A DNA stretch of 64,000 bases from Candidatus Pacearchaeota archaeon CG_4_10_14_0_2_um_filter_35_33 (GCA_002792635.1 PFOR01000015.1:6744-70743), one strand, 5' to 3'. Positions 18,260-27,133 are shown, numbered from the stretch's first letter. Notes: a model not told the origin generated them from the letters alone. Numbers and translations: made by a program.

Positions 18260-19189
18260 ATGCAAAAGAGCGTTAAAGGAAATATACAAAAATTCTTTTT
18301 GTTTGTGCTTAGTCAGAGAAGATAGTTTATTCCCATTCTTGCCATTTATTTTTTGACTTTACCGAGTACAACTGCACAGCAAATTGGAATCTATTCTGCT
18401 GCAGGTTATCTGGCATCATTTGTATTTGAAATTTCTAGCGGATATTTTGCAGATAGATTTGGCCATAAAAAAACACTTGTTTTGGCTAAACTGTTGATGA
18501 TTTTTTCTACTTTCTTATTTGTAATAACTGATTCTCTTCCATTTTTTGTTTTAGGGATGGTATTTTTGTCTACTTCTTTTGCATTCGCTTCTGGAATTGG
18601 CCCTGCCTTTATGCATGATACATTAATACAGATGAAAAGGGAAAAAGATTTCACAAGGGTCATGAGCAAGATGGGTGCTTATGTTTCTCTGATAAGCATA
18701 TTTTTGATTATATCTCTTCCGTTTTTCACCACCATTGATATAATCCTTCCCTTGAAGATAAGTTTAGCTTTTGATGTTCTTGGATTTTTTGCAGTTATTT
18801 TATTAGTTTCTCCGAAAAGAGAAGGAGAGGTAAGCAAGGATTCGATGATTAAGACTATAAAGGATTCCTCTAATCCCAGATTTTATTGGGTTTCATTATT
18901 CATGGGGCTGATTTCTAGGTTTGTATTTGCAACTGCAAATTACAAGGAAGTTTACCTGCAAAGCCTTGATTACTCGGTAATCTTGGTTGGTTTTATAATG
19001 GGGTTGTCAAGATTCGCATGGTTTTTAATTGGAAATGATGCCCGTATTATTGAAAAAAGAATAAGTGTTAAGAGTCTGTTAAGATTGTAAATATTGTTGT
19101 TTCCGGTTTTGATTGTTTTGGCAGGAATATTGATGTTTGTTTCTTTAAGTGTGGTATATCAGTTCCTTAAAAAGCACTTGGATGAATAA
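18260..19189 (+). pseudogene. MFS transporter with in-frame TAG (18323..18325) and TAA (19088..19090)
   Basis: GYFADRFGHKKT is an MFS motif-A-like loop. ATG 18260 reads MQKSVKGNIQKFFLFVLSQRR*FIPILAIYFLTLPS.. in the frame of the listed ORF 18353..19090. After the TAA the same frame continues with a hydrophobic helix to 19189. Confidence 0.6.
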
Positions 19190-19220
19190 GATTTAAATAT
19201 TAAAATTCTTAGTAATTGGC

Positions 19221-20714
19221 ATGGGAAGAGAGAGGTGGAAATCCAGAACTGTATTTTTGTTTGCAGCTATTGGAAGTGCTGTTGGTTTGGGAAATGTGTG
19301 GCGGTTTCCATATATGACTTATAAATTTGGCGGGGGTGCATTTTTGATCCCTTATTTGATTGCACTATTTGTTATCGGAATTCCATTGTTGATGTTAGAA
19401 TTTGCTCTTGGTCAGAAGTTTCAGAGGGGGGCTGTTGATTCATTTAGAAAGATACATCATAAGTTAGGTGGAATTGGAGTTCTTGCTGTCCTGTCTGGTT
19501 TTATTATTGTCTTGTATTATGCAGTGATTATGGCGTGGACTCTAATATACATGCTAAATTCATTTTCTTCTGAATTGCCCTGGGTTGGTAATGCTGATGG
19601 TTATTTCCACACAACTGTTCTTGGATTAACAGATAGTGTGAGTAGCATTGGGGGAATTAACATACCATTATTGATTGCTCTTTTTGTGATATGGGTTGCA
19701 ATTTATTTTATTGTTAGAAAAGGTGTCGATAGTGTGGGAAAGGTAGTTATGATTAGTATGCCACTTCCATTGATACTAATGCTTGTTCTTTTCATTAGAG
19801 GAATATTTTTGCCTGGGGCATTTGAAGGAATTATAGCTTATCTCCAACCTGATTTATCTGCATTAATGGATCCAGATATATGGATTGCCGCTGTTGCTCA
19901 AATATTCTTTACTTTAAGTATTGGATTTGGTATTATGACTGCTTATGCAAGTTTTAATTCTAAGAACCAGAATGTTAGGGGTGATACCTACATAACTGCC
20001 ATATCTGATGCGGCGATGAGTCTGTTTGCAGGTTTTGTCGTGTTTGCAATTTTGGGTTATATGGCGACGACAGAAGGTGTTGCGGTTGCCGATGTTGCAA
20101 CATCTGGACCTGGGTTGGCTTTTGTTGTATTTCCTGAAGCTCTTTCACTACTTCCTTCCGCGTGGTTCTTTTCTCTGCTTTTCTTTTTAGCTTTATTTGC
20201 TTTAGGAATTGATTCTGCATTTTCAATTGTTGAGGCTGTTAATACAACAATTGGGGATAGATATAAGAAACCGAATAGACCTAAGATTGCATTCTTTACT
20301 TGTTTAATCTCATTTTTGTTAGGAATAATTTTTGTTACAGGTGCTGGATTGTATTTCCTAGACATTGTAGATTATTTCATTAATAATTATGGGCTTGTTA
20401 CAGCAGGGCTATTAGAAGCGGTTGTTATTGGATGGTACTTTGGTCCTAAAAAGATTAGACTATTTGTGAACAAGCAGTGTGGATGTAATATTAGAGGGTG
20501 GTGGGATTATGCTATTAAATATGTAATACCAATTGCGTTGATAATTTTATTAGGTTACCAATTTTATACCGATATAACGACACCCTATGGAGGGTATCCA
20601 CAATGGGCTTTAGCAATAGGGTGGGTTTCTTTCTTAATTCCATTAATAATTGCAATTGTTTTCTCATTGAAAGGAAAGAGGGAAGATGTTGTTCAGAGCA
20701 AGAAAAGACTTTGA
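19221..20714 (+). CDS. Sodium:neurotransmitter symporter (SNF/NSS) family transporter
   Basis: 497 aa with N-terminal ..AAIGSAVGLGNVWRFPY.. and about 12 helices. Confidence 0.9.
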   Translation: MGRERWKSRTVFLFAAIGSAVGLGNVWRFPYMTYKFGGGAFLIPYLIALFVIGIPLLMLEFALGQKFQRGAVDSFRKIHHKLGGIGVLAVLSGFIIVLYYAVIMAWTLIYMLNSFSSELPWVGNADGYFHTTVLGLTDSVSSIGGINIPLLIALFVIWVAIYFIVRKGVDSVGKVVMISMPLPLILMLVLFIRGIFLPGAFEGIIAYLQPDLSALMDPDIWIAAVAQIFFTLSIGFGIMTAYASFNSKNQNVRGDTYITAISDAAMSLFAGFVVFAILGYMATTEGVAVADVATSGPGLAFVVFPEALSLLPSAWFFSLLFFLALFALGIDSAFSIVEAVNTTIGDRYKKPNRPKIAFFTCLISFLLGIIFVTGAGLYFLDIVDYFINNYGLVTAGLLEAVVIGWYFGPKKIRLFVNKQCGCNIRGWWDYAIKYVIPIALIILLGYQFYTDITTPYGGYPQWALAIGWVSFLIPLIIAIVFSLKGKREDVVQSKKRL

Positions 20715-20748
20715 AAAGGTTTAAAAGGGAGTAATTTTCTGATATTTT

Positions 20749-21066
20749 ATGAATCATAGTAAGAATGACGGAACTTGGGAGCAAATGCTTTCTGGAAAAG
20801 AGAGAACTATCAATGTGGGGGGGAGAGATGTTTTGTATTATGAAAATGCTGGAAAAAAGACAATTGTTATTGGATATAAGATTAATGACGATTATACCTA
20901 TAGGGGGAATAGAGTGGTTAGAGTTGCTCCGGTTAAGAACGGAAAATATAATGGATTTCCTGGAAATAGAGAGGATAGAGCAAGAGTCGAGAAGGCTTTA
21001 AGAAGAAGGGGGAAGTGTTCTTTCTGGGAACTTGAGAATCAAGAGCCTGCTTTGTCTGAACTCTGA
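20749..21066 (+). CDS. Hypothetical protein
   Basis: 105-aa ORF with no motif recognised. Confidence 0.4.
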   Translation: MNHSKNDGTWEQMLSGKERTINVGGRDVLYYENAGKKTIVIGYKINDDYTYRGNRVVRVAPVKNGKYNGFPGNREDRARVEKALRRRGKCSFWELENQEPALSEL

Positions 21067-21102
21067 TAAGTTATAAAAAGTGATAGATTCTAATTGTTTA
21101 AA

Positions 21103-21173
21103 GGGCTTGTAGTATAGGGGTAGTACGTGCGGCTGGCAGTCGTGAGGTTTGGGTTCGACTCCCGGCAAGTCCA
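21103..21173 (+). tRNA. tRNA-Ala (anticodon GGC)
   Basis: Acceptor GGGCTTG/CAAGTCC gives the G3-U70 alanine identity pair. Anticodon loop CTGGCAG; T loop TTCGACT. Confidence 0.85.
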
Positions 21174-21178
21174 TAAAA

Positions 21179-23146
21179 TTATTTTTTCTTGCCGAAGTTT
21201 TTATTTCTGAAAAAAGCTACTATAAGGTATGCTCCTGCTAATAGTGCCAGAAAGATAATTATTGCTATTCCTGGTGATTCTTTGCTAAAACCGACTACCG
21301 CACCGGTTATTCTTGCTATAGGATTTTGTGATTGTTCAGAAAATTCTGTTGTTTCTGATAGTGTGCAAGATTGTGTTTCTACGGGTTTGGATGATTCTGA
21401 AGCATAACAAGCTTCAACCTGTTTTTCGCATGTTCTTGTTTGTTGTCCTTCAGAACAAGCACTCCATTCTTCACAAATCCAAACTGTGCTACATCCCTTT
21501 CCACTACCTCCACCTAAAGAAGATGCTTGATCCTCTAAAATTTCTTCTGGTTCTTCTATTGGTCTTTCTCCGATTCTGTAATTGCTCCATCTAGATACTC
21601 TTATGCTAACATTTGATTGATTTAAAGGAGTTAGAGCTTCACAATCAGGAGGTCCGCAAGTCTCTGAGTTTCTTAGGATTACTGGATTATTAAACTCAGG
21701 AATGTTAACAAAAGTTACTATTGCTGGTTTGTTTAAGTTTGGAGCAATATTCGAATCAATTTCGAAAAAGTTATCCTGGATTTTTACTGTGCTTGAACCA
21801 TTGTCTCCTGAACCAATTATGGGTTCAAGGAATTGGATTTGCCCATGAGTTGGTTTTCTAATAGTAACATATAATCCTCCTTCTGGAGGAAGAGAATATT
21901 TTTCCACACCTTGCCCTATTAAAACTATTTCAGATTTGGGGGTTGCACCCATTAAGTTCAAATCTTCACCCTGGATATTTTCCAAATTATTCCCTATCAG
22001 CTTGCTTTTTTCTTGCGATGCAGATTCGGCGCCGATGAATTTAAATGCATCTCCTGAAGATTCATACACATGATTCCCTCTGAAGAAACTCTCTTTAGAT
22101 TCGCGAACTAAAAATGAACTGGAATCCTCGCCCCGAGTTTTTATCTTGTTGTTTATATAACGGCTCTCATCTGAGGATTGGAGGTTTATTGAATTTGATG
22201 ATTCTCCAGATGTTAGGAGTTTATTTGAATCTATTGTGCTTTTCAAGAGGGAGGTAATGGATATCCCATGGCTTAAGTCACCGGTTGTGATGATATCATT
22301 CTTTTTCACAAGGAGGTTTTTTGCCCATATTGATAGAATAGCTTCGCTTTGGTCTCCTGAAGTTTCTATTTCATTTCCAAATAATAAAGTATTGGCTGTA
22401 TCTTTCAAGATTATTCCCTGGCTATTTAGGGCATTGGTTTTAATCACATTATTCAGAAGGATAATGTTTTTACCAACATTAATACTGATTGCAGGAGAAT
22501 TTTTAACCTCGTCATCTATCTGAGAAATCTCGCAATTTTTTAATGCAAAAATTTTGTTTCCATTAGATTCCACAGCATATCCCTGGCTTTTCATTGAGTA
22601 GATTATTTCATTGCCCCTGCAGTCTAGTATTACCTTATCTGATTCTATATTAAAGCATGTTGAATCAGAGTAAACTGTGTTTTCCAATTTGTATATTCCT
22701 GGGCTGGAAATGGTTTGACATTCTTTTATTAGTTCTTGTGGAAGTTCCTTTATCTCTTCTACCAAGGATTCATCAAGATTTAGTCCTTCTATATAATGCT
22801 CTGAGTTGATTAGCCGATTGTTTTCATATATCTTAACATTTCCTGTGAATCTTTCAGATTCAGTAGACTTGATTGAATCCGATATAATCTTTCTTTTAAC
22901 CAGTGTGTCTTTGGTTATTTTGTCTGAATCTATTAAACTCCTTATATCTGGAATATGTTTTCTTTCATCTTTTGGAGGTGAAACCGGTGTGACCGGAATG
23001 ACTTCTCGTATATTGTTATCTTTAAGGTTTGGTGGCAATATGGATGTTTTAAGAGAAGATTTTAGTGATACGCCTTCAGCAAATGCAACGCCGGGAAGTA
23101 CTAAAATCAATAAAATCAGAATCACGGAAATCTGCCTCTTTCTCAT
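21179..23146 (-). CDS. Large secreted parallel beta-helix repeat surface protein with C-terminal membrane-anchor/sorting tail
   Basis: 655 aa. Signal peptide, then repetitive N/S/G-rich ~22-aa periodic segments typical of right-handed beta-helix proteins. A Cys-rich module (CSTVWICEEWSACSEG..C..C) precedes the tail ..SPGIAIIIFLALLAGAYLIVAFFRNKNFGKKK. Confidence 0.7.
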   Translation of the reverse strand: MRKRQISVILILLILVLPGVAFAEGVSLKSSLKTSILPPNLKDNNIREVIPVTPVSPPKDERKHIPDIRSLIDSDKITKDTLVKRKIISDSIKSTESERFTGNVKIYENNRLINSEHYIEGLNLDESLVEEIKELPQELIKECQTISSPGIYKLENTVYSDSTCFNIESDKVILDCRGNEIIYSMKSQGYAVESNGNKIFALKNCEISQIDDEVKNSPAISINVGKNIILLNNVIKTNALNSQGIILKDTANTLLFGNEIETSGDQSEAILSIWAKNLLVKKNDIITTGDLSHGISITSLLKSTIDSNKLLTSGESSNSINLQSSDESRYINNKIKTRGEDSSSFLVRESKESFFRGNHVYESSGDAFKFIGAESASQEKSKLIGNNLENIQGEDLNLMGATPKSEIVLIGQGVEKYSLPPEGGLYVTIRKPTHGQIQFLEPIIGSGDNGSSTVKIQDNFFEIDSNIAPNLNKPAIVTFVNIPEFNNPVILRNSETCGPPDCEALTPLNQSNVSIRVSRWSNYRIGERPIEEPEEILEDQASSLGGGSGKGCSTVWICEEWSACSEGQQTRTCEKQVEACYASESSKPVETQSCTLSETTEFSEQSQNPIARITGAVVGFSKESPGIAIIIFLALLAGAYLIVAFFRNKNFGKKK

Positions 23147-23185
23147 ACTAATCCTAACTAATCTAAATTTAAATAATTAACTATA

Positions 23186-23794
23186 TTAGTATTCAATGCC
23201 CTTCCTAGCTAAAAAGCCGGAATCAAAGGGGTGCTTGATTTTCTTGATTTCAGTTACTAAATCTGCTTTTTCGAAGATTTTTGGGAATGGTTTATGACTT
23301 CCTGTAAGGATGAGTTCGGAACCCCGAGGCTTGTCTTCTATTAGTTCTATTATTTCTTTTTCCTTTAACAGACCGAGCTGGACGGCATAAAGAATTTCGT
23401 CTGCAATTACAATTTGATATTTGTTTAAGGATTCTTTAACATGGTTTAAAGCTGTTTGGCATGCCTTAATTTGGTTTTCAGTTGGTTTTTTTATGACCCA
23501 TCCATCAGAGCCAAATCTCCTATATGAGAACTCTGGAAATTTTTCTAATGCCTGGATTTCGCCAGGAATTTGTTGTTCTAAACTGTCAGCACCATTCTTC
23601 ATAAATTGGACCAAATGCACATTATATCCGTTACCTACGGCTCTTAATGCTGTGCCAAACGATGATGTGGACTTGCCTTTTCCGTTACCCCAAAATACCT
23701 GAGTAAATCCGAGACCGTGTTTTTTGTATTTATCTAAATGAGACATTTCTATCTTAATGCCAGAAAGTTTATAGTTATTACTATAATTCAGCAC
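23186..23794 (-). CDS. Cob(I)yrinic acid a,c-diamide adenosyltransferase (CobA/CobO/BtuR family)
   Basis: GNGKGKSTSSFG P-loop, VQFMK, and C-terminal ADLVTEIKKIKHPFDSGFLARKGIEY. A more likely start is M17 at 23746. Confidence 0.8.
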   Translation of the reverse strand: MLNYSNNYKLSGIKIEMSHLDKYKKHGLGFTQVFWGNGKGKSTSSFGTALRAVGNGYNVHLVQFMKNGADSLEQQIPGEIQALEKFPEFSYRRFGSDGWVIKKPTENQIKACQTALNHVKESLNKYQIVIADEILYAVQLGLLKEKEIIELIEDKPRGSELILTGSHKPFPKIFEKADLVTEIKKIKHPFDSGFLARKGIEY

Positions 23795-24171
23795 TTCCTA
23801 ATAAGACGGAGAAGTTTCTGTGCTAGACTGTTACATATTTATAATCCTATGTGTTGATTTCTTCAGGAATCCCATAGTTCTCGTTTCATTGATTTCATTA
23901 TAATCTGCCCAAAGAGGTATAATCCCCTGCATATAAGCCATTTGTTAAATAGGTCTATAAATCATACCTCTTTATAGTTTGGAAATTCTGTAATCTCGGA
24001 TAACTTGCACCTGAATCAAAGATAATTAAGGTTGTCTTGATATCTTGTGGAAATCATCAGCATCCATAAACTCTCCTAAATGATTGCATTAGTCACAATC
24101 ATATCTCTTTCAGTTTTTGTATTCTGGTTCTGCTGTTCTGCAATAGGAAAAATTTTCATTTACTGTTTTGT

Positions 24172-24255
24172 TTATGTCAAGGTTACCTGAGCATCCAAAA
24201 GTTCAAACAAACCCCACACTTTAGTGTGGAGTAAAACACAAGAACTTTTTGATAT
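24172..24255 (+). repeat. MITE-like modular repeat, copy C (lacks the large internal hairpin loop)
   Basis: TTATGTCAAGGTTACCTGAGCATCCAAAAGTTCAAACAAACCCCACACTTTAGTGTGGAGTAAAACACAAGAACTTTTTGATAT. Confidence 0.85.
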
Positions 24256-24376
24256 AATAAGGAGAATGCAAGCCATTATGCCTCTATCAAGACAGTTATC
24301 CTTATGCTCCCAGAATAGTGTAATTAATTAAAAAAAGAAAATTAGAGAGTCCTAAATTAAAACTCTCAAAAAAAAA

Positions 24377-25093
24377 TTAAAGTTTTGACTGAATGATTTG
24401 ATTAAATACTTCAAAGGGTTGTGCACCACTTACAACTGTTCCTTCTCCGGTATTGCCTGAAGCAATCAAGAAGTAAGGTGTACCTCTTCCGCCTTTTGCC
24501 TGCGCTTCACTCATGTCTTCCTTGACATTTGCAACTTTTTCTCCTGAATCAAGGCATTCGTTGAATTTCTCTGTGTTTAATCCAAGTTGTACAGCGTATT
24601 CCTTGAATGTATCAACACCACCTGCAACTCCCTGCTCAAAGAGTATGTTATGCATTTCCACAAACATTCCCTGGTCTGCAGCACATTCAGATGCTTCTGC
24701 AGCCTTCTGAGCATCTGGATGGATGCTTGTCAAAGGAAACTGCTTGTAGACAATTGCAACCTTATCACTATATTCCGCCTTAATCTGGCTAACAGCTCCT
24801 AGATAAGCCCTCTGACAGAAAGGACATTCAAAGTCAGAGTATTCCACTACAAACACGTCAGAATTCATACTTCCCTGAAGGAAATTGTCATCTTCCGTAA
24901 CTTCTATATTGTAAGTAGCCCCTCTTCCGCTATTATCTTTAACCACATTGCCTGTCGGGCTAGGGTTATTTGGCAGTATAAATGCAACTCCGCCGATAAC
25001 AAGGACAGCTAGCAGGACAAAAGTGGAGTATTTCCACAAAGCGTCTTTCCTGATTTTTATTGTTCCGCTATCGTTATTTTGTTCTTCTTTCAT
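24377..25093 (-). CDS. Membrane-anchored DsbA-like thiol:disulfide oxidoreductase
   Basis: N-terminal helix followed by a thioredoxin fold with VVEYSDFECPFCQRAY (CPFC active site). Confidence 0.85.
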   Translation of the reverse strand: MKEEQNNDSGTIKIRKDALWKYSTFVLLAVLVIGGVAFILPNNPSPTGNVVKDNSGRGATYNIEVTEDDNFLQGSMNSDVFVVEYSDFECPFCQRAYLGAVSQIKAEYSDKVAIVYKQFPLTSIHPDAQKAAEASECAADQGMFVEMHNILFEQGVAGGVDTFKEYAVQLGLNTEKFNECLDSGEKVANVKEDMSEAQAKGGRGTPYFLIASGNTGEGTVVSGAQPFEVFNQIIQSKL

Positions 25094-25646
25094 TGTTTTT
25101 ACCCCCTTTCATTTGTTGAATAGTACATACCTCACAAATTGTTAAATCCTTCGATATTTTAAATATTGCGAATCCTATGATTATGATTGCCAGGACCGAG
25201 ATTTCTAGGCCTTTAAATGGGAGTAATGATATGAAAATTCCTCCTATTCCTAAGACAGCTATCAATCCAATTCCGCATGCTGCACATCCTGGGGCAAGAA
25301 GGGCGATAAATATTCCGACTGAACTTAATACCCCTGTCTTTTTGGACTTGTGTTTAGCATTTTTTATTTTAAAAGTTATTAAGGAGATTAAGATGCCTAT
25401 TAATAACGACGAGAGAACCAGGGAAATATAAGAATGAAGCAAGGTTGATTTATGGAAATCAATTGATCCATTAAACAAATAGATTATTCCAGACAGCAAG
25501 CCGTAGTTTTTTAAAAATGAGGAGAGAGTTTGATAATTTTGAATTATCACATTTAATATGTAAAAGATTAAAGCTATTATTATTGTTAATATTGCATATC
25601 CCGGCTTCTTGAATACAGTTTTCCAAACGTTTATTATTTCATTCAT
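25074..25646 (-). CDS. Polytopic membrane protein with two CxxC motifs (APGCAACG within a helix; CEVC near the C-terminus)
   Basis: 190 aa with about 5 helices. Its 3' end overlaps the DsbA-like gene start by 20 nt. Confidence 0.6.
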   Translation of the reverse strand: MNEIINVWKTVFKKPGYAILTIIIALIFYILNVIIQNYQTLSSFLKNYGLLSGIIYLFNGSIDFHKSTLLHSYISLVLSSLLIGILISLITFKIKNAKHKSKKTGVLSSVGIFIALLAPGCAACGIGLIAVLGIGGIFISLLPFKGLEISVLAIIIIGFAIFKISKDLTICEVCTIQQMKGGKNNERRTK

Positions 25647-25864
25647 ATTATTTCTATTTTATGTTTAATTCCAAACCAAATTAAGATAAACGCTATTATG
25701 ATGTAAATTGTAAGAATCACGGGATTATAGAATATTAAGAGAGAAAGGAGTTTTGTTTTAATTATATAATTCTGTCCTGATTCTGTTTGAATTTTTATAA
25801 AATAAGTGACTAGCAGAATCGCTAATATTGCTATGCCTATATAGAATGGGTATTTTGGTTTCAT
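25643..25864 (-). CDS. Small two-helix membrane protein
   Basis: 73 aa. Has 4-nt overlaps with both neighbours, which suggests an operon. Confidence 0.5.
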   Translation of the reverse strand: MKPKYPFYIGIAILAILLVTYFIKIQTESGQNYIIKTKLLSLLIFYNPVILTIYIIIAFILIWFGIKHKIEII

Positions 25865-26343
25865 TCCTTTAATACAACTACGTTAGTCATTCCTCTCCTC
25901 TTTCTTTCTACTAACTTGTGACCTTCTAATCTATCAATTACCCTCGTCATTTTTGCCTTTCCGAATCCTGTTTGTTCGATTAAATCTGCTTGAAAGATTG
26001 CTTTTTTTTCCTTAACGAGATTAAATACTTTCTTTTCCTCGGGTTTTAACCCATTTAAGTCGTATTTCTTAGGTTTTTGTTTTTCTTTTACTTTCTTTAC
26101 AATTATTCTTTCTTGTGGTTTTGAGAACACTAAGACCAGACCTATTATGACTAGTAAGGCTGCAATTGCAAAAGAAAGATAGGTTTGCTGGTCTATCGAC
26201 TGATACATTGGACATGATGTTCCATGTTCTGTTGAACAAGTTGCGTCGACTATGTCTCTCATTGTGTTATTAAATAAAAATATTATAAATATTATTACGA
26301 TTGCGATTCCGATAATTAAGTACCCAACTTTCTTATTTTCCAT
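25861..26343 (-). CDS. Membrane-anchored winged-helix (MarR/TrmB-like) transcriptional regulator with Cys-containing external loop
   Basis: From M25 of the listed ORF (25861..26415): helix, loop DATCSTEHGTSCPMYQ, helix, basic linker, then LNGLKPEEKKVFNLVKEKKAIFQADLIEQTGFGKAKMTRVIDRLEGHKLVERKRRGMTNVV (wHTH). Confidence 0.7.
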   Translation of the reverse strand: MENKKVGYLIIGIAIVIIFIIFLFNNTMRDIVDATCSTEHGTSCPMYQSIDQQTYLSFAIAALLVIIGLVLVFSKPQERIIVKKVKEKQKPKKYDLNGLKPEEKKVFNLVKEKKAIFQADLIEQTGFGKAKMTRVIDRLEGHKLVERKRRGMTNVVVLKE

Positions 26344-26387
26344 TGATTTTACTTGGAAACAGGCTTTAAGAAGTTTATGAATTTTCA

Positions 26388-26471
26388 TGAAACTGGGGCG
26401 TGAAACTAGCCTCATAAGATTTAGAAAATCTTAACAAAGCAAGGGTTTCACTGTGTGAAACTAGTTTCACA
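26388..26471. promoter_or_regulatory. Divergent control region with an 18-bp palindrome and extra half-sites
   Basis: Perfect palindrome TGTGAAACTAGTTTCACA at 26454..26471. Extra half-sites GTTTCAC at 26445..26451, GTGAAACTAG at 26400..26409 and TGAAACT at 26388..26394. TATA-like CTTAAATAAAA lies downstream. Confidence 0.65.
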
Positions 26472-26506
26472 AAAGCGCTTAAATAAAATCGATTCCTGGA
26501 AAACGC

Positions 26507-27133
26507 ATGACTGAAAAAATGAATAAGGAGTTTGTGGCACAGATTGTTGTTATCTGTGTACTTGCGTTATTAATCTCATTTAACGTGGGAAGAATGTATT
26601 CTCCTGGATTATCTACAGGTATAAGAACAGTTTCTGCTTCTGATGTTATTCCTACTGGCATGCCTAGCATATATGGAGAAGAGCTAGGAATTAGTTATGA
26701 TGATATTTCACCTAATGACCCTAGGTTGGCAGATGCTACTATTAATAAGATGAGTGAATATGAGGATACGCAGTTAAATGAGGAACAGATGACTCATTAT
26801 ATTAATATAGCCGGTTCTATCAGTTGCGAGTATTGTTGTGGAGCCGAATCTATTATATTTAGTAATGGAGAGAGAGCTTGCGGATGTGCCCATAGTTATG
26901 CTATGAGGGGATTGGCAAAGTACTTGTTAATCAATCATCCTGAGATGGGTGATGATGAAATTCTTACGGAACTGGCTAAATGGAAAACTTTGTTTTTCCC
27001 TGGAATAATGGAAGCTAAGGCACAGGCATTAAAAGATAATGGGATTGAGTTTAACTATATCAATCTCAGTAGTAATGCCTACAGAGGAATTGAGAAGGGA
27101 CAAGGAAGTGGAGGCATGGTCGGAGGATGTTAA
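26507..27133 (+). CDS. Anchored Cys-motif protein (CEYCCG..ACGCAHS) with C-terminal GSGGMVGGC
   Basis: 208 aa. N-terminal helix, Cys cluster SISCEYCCGAESIIFSNGERACGCAHSY, and a terminal cysteine. Confidence 0.6.
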   Translation: MTEKMNKEFVAQIVVICVLALLISFNVGRMYSPGLSTGIRTVSASDVIPTGMPSIYGEELGISYDDISPNDPRLADATINKMSEYEDTQLNEEQMTHYINIAGSISCEYCCGAESIIFSNGERACGCAHSYAMRGLAKYLLINHPEMGDDEILTELAKWKTLFFPGIMEAKAQALKDNGIEFNYINLSSNAYRGIEKGQGSGGMVGGC

